Shown here in pieces: positions 58,562 to 64,000 of a stretch of 64,000 nt of DNA. The first letter of the stretch is position 1, and each line of letters opens with the position of its first letter. This stretch comes from Ostrea edulis (taxonomy: Eukaryota), in contig NC_079167.1 of NCBI RefSeq assembly GCF_947568905.1, forward strand, positions 24,552,001 through 24,616,000, given 5' to 3'. The translations under genes and the position numbers were made by a program. A model generated the notes under the pieces. It was not told where the DNA came from. It searched no databases and worked only from the letters and a program-made list of their open reading frames with translations.

Positions 58562-61500
58562 TGTGTAGACTGCAGTGAAAAGTGTACGACTTGTTTGCCT
58601 GGTTGGGGTGGATCCAAAGACAACAACTGTCAGAAGCGTAAGACATGAATCTAATGAACTTATCAGCAAATGAAAACAATATTATAAGTACATGTACGTA
58701 TAGAAGTGAATCTACATGTATCAGCATTGTATTATATTTCAGGAAACGTGTTATATTGGACAGCAACAGGAGATGATGCAGACGATAAAAATAAATTACT
58801 AGACGACGATCTTTCAACCTTTTTAACGGATGATAGCCATGGGCCATATTTGAGAGTTCAGCTAAATAAGTCAATAACCGTTCATAAAGTTGATATTACC
58901 CTTCTTTTCGGTAATGATATAATCTGAAACCTTTATCAATTTGTGATATTTCTGTTACAGTGTCATAACAAAATATTTTAATTAATAAAATGTTATGTAT
59001 TTTAGAACGTGGTGTGAATTATACAATTTACGTCAAAAACAAGGAGTATGATAGGAGCAAGGATGTGACATGTAACACGCTGGGACAGGGCGACAACATC
59101 GGGAAGAAAACTGTGTCAATGACTTGTTATAAGCCGCTTTCAGGAAAATATCTTGAAATCTATTCTTCAAAGAACACACTTCTAAAAGTATTTGAAATCC
59201 AATATTTTGGTATGTTTTATCTAACAATGAATTTATTCTTAGCTCGCATTGGTCAAAGGCTGATTCAGTCGGATGACCAAGTGTTATTCCTGTCTGCGTC
59301 ACCTGTCATAGGATTTTAACTATTTTTATTTTTTGAAAGCACTTGCCTAGATTTCCCCAAAACTGTTATGCAGCATTTTTCGTCATGTGGAAACAACAGA
59401 TATATATCATAGAGGGAATATTATTTAATTCTTTACTTATCAACACCTAGGATATAAACTGGAAATATTGGAAGCTATAACCAAATTCTCAACTTCTTAT
59501 ACCCTGTACTTGAACACATATCTGTAAGCAACATTTGTATGAACATTGGACTCATCTGTGTCCTCTGTCTTTCAATTCTTTCCTTCCGGTCCATAACTTT
59601 GTAATGGGAAGACATAACAATATCATGTTGAGTTCCTTATCTTCACAATGGCTACAGAGACATAGGATCTTCAATGTTTAAAATCAACTCCGAAAGATCC
59701 TATATTGTTGACCAGATCCTTTGTCACACAAATGAATGTGTTCTTTGCACAAGTTGCACAATACTAAGTCTAGATACCATTTACATTGTCGTGGAAGCTC
59801 AGTAGTGTTCGTTTCGTAATCAGGAGATCGTGAATACGATCCCCGCTCATGTCATGACCGCGTCAAACCTAAGATGTAAATATATGTAGTGATTGCTCCT
59901 TCACCAAATGATAGGGATTTGGAAGAGAAAATTAAACCACAGGTCTTGAAGATATGACCTCGAAAACGGAGGTTCTGTGTCGCGACAGACATTGACATGT
60001 TAAAGAACCCTCACGGTTACGGCCCTGAGCGATAAGCATAGGTCTAAATTTGTGGTAATTCACCTACAGCTGGTGATGTCTCAATATGAGTGAAGAATTC
60101 TCGACGGGACATAAAACCATAAAACAACCAACCTAAAATACTCATAGAATTTTTTTATTATTGTACCAATTAGGACTAAGTATATCATGCATTGTCAATT
60201 ATGCACTCTTCGTTCTGCATTGTCTATCGACATATACTGTATCAATAATGTCCAGATTTTCATTTATTTTTATTTTTTCATTAGAATGCACCAACGGAAC
60301 TGTCGGTGAAAATTGCAGCAGCGCATGTGCGTCAAATTGTGATGTTGACTGTAATATTACTGCAGTAGATTGTGATTGTCAAAAGGGCTTCTTCGGTAAG
60401 TTTTGTAACCAGACATGCTCTAAATCGTGCGATGAAAATGGATGCAATATCCGCACTGGCGAATGCTTCAGTTGCAAGAATGGATATTTTGGACCTCTGT
60501 GTGAAAACAACTGCTCATTTGGTTGTCAGGAATCTTGTGGCAAGGTAATTGGAAACTGTACATGTAAACCAGGTTTTTCCAATGTTAACTGCTCGAGAGA
60601 ATGCCCAAAACAATGTGAAAGGAGGGAATGCGAACAAAGTGAGGGAAAATGTTTGGCGTGCCAAGATGGATATTACGGTGATTTCTGTCAATATACATGC
60701 TTTAGAAACTGTGAAAAGGGGTGTGAAACATCTACAGGTATATGTGGTATGTGCACAAAAGGTTTTTACAGTCCTTTTTGTAACATTTCATGTTCTAAAA
60801 ATTGCATGGAAAGCACCTGTTCTAGAGACGGTGACTGTTCTCAGTGTAAACCAGGATACAAAGGAAAACAGTGCAATGAAAGCTGTCCTAAAAATTGCAT
60901 GGAAAACACCTGTTCTATGCACGGTGTCTGTTCTCAGTGTAAACCAAGATACAAAGGGAAGCAATGCAATGAACCCTGCCCAGAACATTGTAGGCAATGC
61001 AAGCAACATGATTTCAAATGTTCTCAATGTGAAAATGGGTGGTACGGCCTAAGATGTGCCGAGAAGTGCCCTGTAGCATGTGGAGGGAATGGTACGTGTG
61101 AAATCAAATTGGGTAAATGTCATGTTTGTGCCGTAGGTTATTTTGGCAGCCAGTGTGATCAAACATGCAGTCAATATTGCGATTTCAACGCGGCATGTGA
61201 CATTGAGACTGGGGTTTGTGAACGTTGTATTGCTGGTAGACATGGTAATCATTGTGAAAGTAAATGTAGCCAGAACTGTTTAAACTCAACATGCCTAAGT
61301 AATCAAACATGCAGTTACGGATGTAACGATGGTTGGTTTGGTGATAGGTGTAAACAACAATGTTCTGCTGCTGTTAGAAGTTGTGTAAAGTGCTCCTTAA
61401 TCGACAGTTATACTCCAGTATGTCAGAGATGTGCAGATTCATGGTTTCTTAACGGATCGCAATGCTTCAAGTGTCCCGAAAACTGTTCCTCTTGTGAATC

Positions 61501-61832
61501 TGAAACACAGTGCACGATGTGTAGTAATGATGTTAGCTATGGTAAAACATGCAACATTCCGTGCAGTGGTGATTGTATAAACAAAATATGTAACATGACT
61601 GGGAATTGTCTACATGGCTGTAACAACAGTAAATACGGTATTAGGTGTGACAAGGACTGTGTAGAAGGATGTATTGTATGCAATGATGCTTTTAATTGCT
61701 CTACATGTGAAGAAGGATGGCTTAGTCTACCTTGTCAACAACGCCCAAAGGCCTGCAAAATGTGTTGGAGCATTCGGTACATTTCATCTCTGATTGAAAT
61801 GGAAACTGTTTCGTTTCATTCAAATCACACGG
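58562..61832 (+). CDS. Lectin-like/EGF receptor exons (second copy of exons 2-4 plus a 1548-nt EGF-repeat exon)
   Basis: Partial exon 58562-58637, then 58743-58910, 59006-59209 and 60285-61832; GT/AG, phase 1, open reading, with about 12 Cys-rich repeats. No own first exon and no TM exon were identified in the window. Confidence 0.8.
59788..60133 (+). mobile_element. tRNA-derived SINE (same family as 967-1275)
   Basis: Degenerate head, gccgcgtcaaacctaag-type body and cagctggtgatgtctcaatatgagtgaagaattctcgacggg tail. Confidence 0.8.
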
Positions 61833-63383
61833 GTAAGTTCTTTCTTTTAATGACAGGTATATATCCGTATATGATACAATTTTCTGAATACATATACAGG
61901 TTTTGTACATACTCTCTACACAATACATGTATGTTACACCAAACATAGAGAGAATGTATTGATAGCTGGAGAAATTCTCAAAAAAAATGCAAGTACGCAT
62001 AGTAATATGCATTAAAGCAATTCCAGCTGTAATACGGAACAGAAAAGTAAGTATATTTTATACTACCATCTTCATATTGAACTGGAATTTACATGTGTGA
62101 TGGGACTTACCCAGATTAAGATGAATTCTTAATTCGACGTTTGATTGATGCTGCCATATATAAAGAGCAATACTCCTTGTAAAAGTAAACATTTGCAGTT
62201 GAATGTCTTGACATGCACACCCCTGTTAAAAATACAAACCTTGAAGAATTTGACATGATAAAAAATATAATCTAAATATTAGGTCTGGTGATTCTCTATT
62301 TCTCGTCATACGTTTTCCCTCCTTTTCTTAAATCTGGTTATTAGATATGTTTGAAATAGTAAATCTCAGAAAAGGTACACAATATAGTCAACACTGTAAT
62401 ATAACCGAATGAAGATCAACGAAACTTACCAGCAACTTTTATTGGTGGAAACAAGATTTTTTAAAATTTCATTTTCACTGAAAAAGTTTCTCGAAGTCAG
62501 CGATACTTTGTCGGAGTTTTCCCTCACCAGCCAGCAGATACCAAGTAAGCTATACTAATGTTATACTATACTCGCTTTTGAAAGAATGTACATAAGTTTT
62601 AATTGGTCACGATGTAATGATAGTCTTGGAATCTTATTTGAACTGATATAAATCGGTGATTGGAATGAATTCAAAGTAAATAAATGATGTGTGAAATGTT
62701 CTGGACTGTATAAGCTTGCTGAATCGATCAGAATATTTGTGATTCTTGTTAGTAAAAAAATCTACTTCCCACATGCATTTGTTCCTGTTAGTGATAAAAA
62801 GTTGTATATACACAACACAAGGTATGTATACATTATATTTACATTCAGTGTATTTCTCATCATTGAAATGCATTGGAAATCTACAGCATTGAAATTCCTA
62901 TAACACACTCTAAACCTTATCACTGCGTATGAATACACAACAGGAACTATATTTACATGTAGTCTGCTACATGTAAACATTGTAAATATAAACTACATGA
63001 ATTCAAAATGGATGATGAATTGCAATCTAATTTAAATTTAAATTTTTAGGATATGGACATCTTAGAACTGTTTTCTCAAACTGATTTTGATTCCGTGCTG
63101 GTGAAATGACCAGAAAGCAGTCACTTAAATGTAAATCTACATGTTGAAGAAAAACCTGAATTGCCTGAAACACCCATGTCCTCTGATCAGCCACAAGCAA
63201 AGGTATCAATCATAGCAACAATTAATATATCTTAATAAGATTTTTTTAATAAATATAAATACATGAATTAACTTCTAACTTTAAAGCAAAACAATGTAGT
63301 AGGCCTATGTACAACCTTTGTTTTGAAATTGATGGAAATTAGTAAAACTTGAATGTGGTTTTAAATCAACCCATTTTCCACAG

Positions 63384-64000
63384 AGATTTAAAACTGTAAC
63401 AAATGAGGAAAGGAATAAATTGTTTGAATCCAGAAACAACAAAAAGGAACACAGCATGGAGTATCAAAATTTTTCAAGATATGCAAATTATTTTCTAAGT
63501 TGTAAATTGACATTTGTATAAAAATCTTTCCAGAGTCAAGTTCTTTGTATGAATTACTTAAACAAACACAAGACTCCAAAAGTTACACAATTTTTCTAAA
63601 ACATGATTGCAATACCCATTTCTAAATCTTGTAGACTGGAACATGGAAGTCTTTGGTACCTCATTAGACATGCAGACAGTAGAAATTTCCACACTTTCGA
63701 ATCACCTATTACGATTCTATTGTAAAGCTAGGCCAAAAGGAAAACATGAAGATGAGAAACCTCTATACCACAAAAACACTATAATCAATATCAGAGCAGC
63801 CATTAATCGCCACCTAGCTGACCTTCGGAGAGATATGAATATCGTCAGAGACAAGGAGTTCCGCACAGCCAATGGAATCTTAGATGGCCTTTTGAAAGAG
63901 CGCACACAACTCGGTCTCTCCAAACCTATTAAACATAAGGAAATCATTGAAATACATGACCTGCAAAAAATATATAAGTACCTCCAAGGGACTCCATCGT
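63384..64000 (+). pseudogene. Crypton-like tyrosine-recombinase (DUF3504/KCTD1-ZMYM-related) N-terminal part, running off the window
   Basis: RFKTVTNEERNKLFESR..KRNTAWSIKIFQ (frameshifted, donor reads AT instead of GT). Exon from 63635 gives DWNMEVF..LLRFYCKARPK..YHKNTIINIRAAINRHL..NIVRDKEFRTANGILDGLLK..HKEII..DLQKIYKY. Confidence 0.75.

Noticed and set aside
60549-61252. Overlapping ORFs 60549-61052, 60788-61027, 61049-61252
   Set aside because: Alternative-frame or antisense shadows of the EGF exon.

Overview
AT-rich eukaryotic (metazoan) genomic DNA, most likely a bivalve mollusc such as an oyster. This is inferred from the repeat families (Helentron-like elements with internal ~150-170 bp arrays, tRNA-derived SINEs, Penelope-like 3' ends) and from the MEGF10/SREC-like gene cluster. 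Most ORF-track entries are spurious; the real genes are spliced and were rebuilt by hand from GT/AG junctions with frame checks. Host genes: (1) a six-exon divergent SAR1-family GTPase (-, 3912-6394, 187 aa); (2) a head-to-head single-exon two-TM orphan ORF (+, 7185-7562); (3) a complete six-exon type-I receptor (signal peptide, F5/8C or fucolectin-like domain, EGF repeats, TM, Tyr-motif tail; -, 10816-19683, 624 aa) whose promoter and first exon are tandemly duplicated; (4) a rearranged cluster of paralogous receptor exons (+, 45273-46217 and 58562-61832) with an inversion junction near 58560. Mobile DNA dominates the rest. The largest piece is a full-length Ngaro-like tyrosine-recombinase retrotransposon (28749-39171, -) with split direct repeats and gag, RT/RH, YR and SGNH ORFs. 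Its gag is split by an ISL2EU-like element with an AT target duplication. Also present are a second ISL2EU-like element (THAP-DDE plus YqaJ), a long-TIR Mutator-like element with a nested hAT remnant, MULE, Tc1 and Crypton remnants, Kolobok- and Harbinger-type MITEs, Helentrons, SINEs and minisatellites. There is one assembly gap (46365-46498). No CRISPR, rRNA or true tRNA genes were found.
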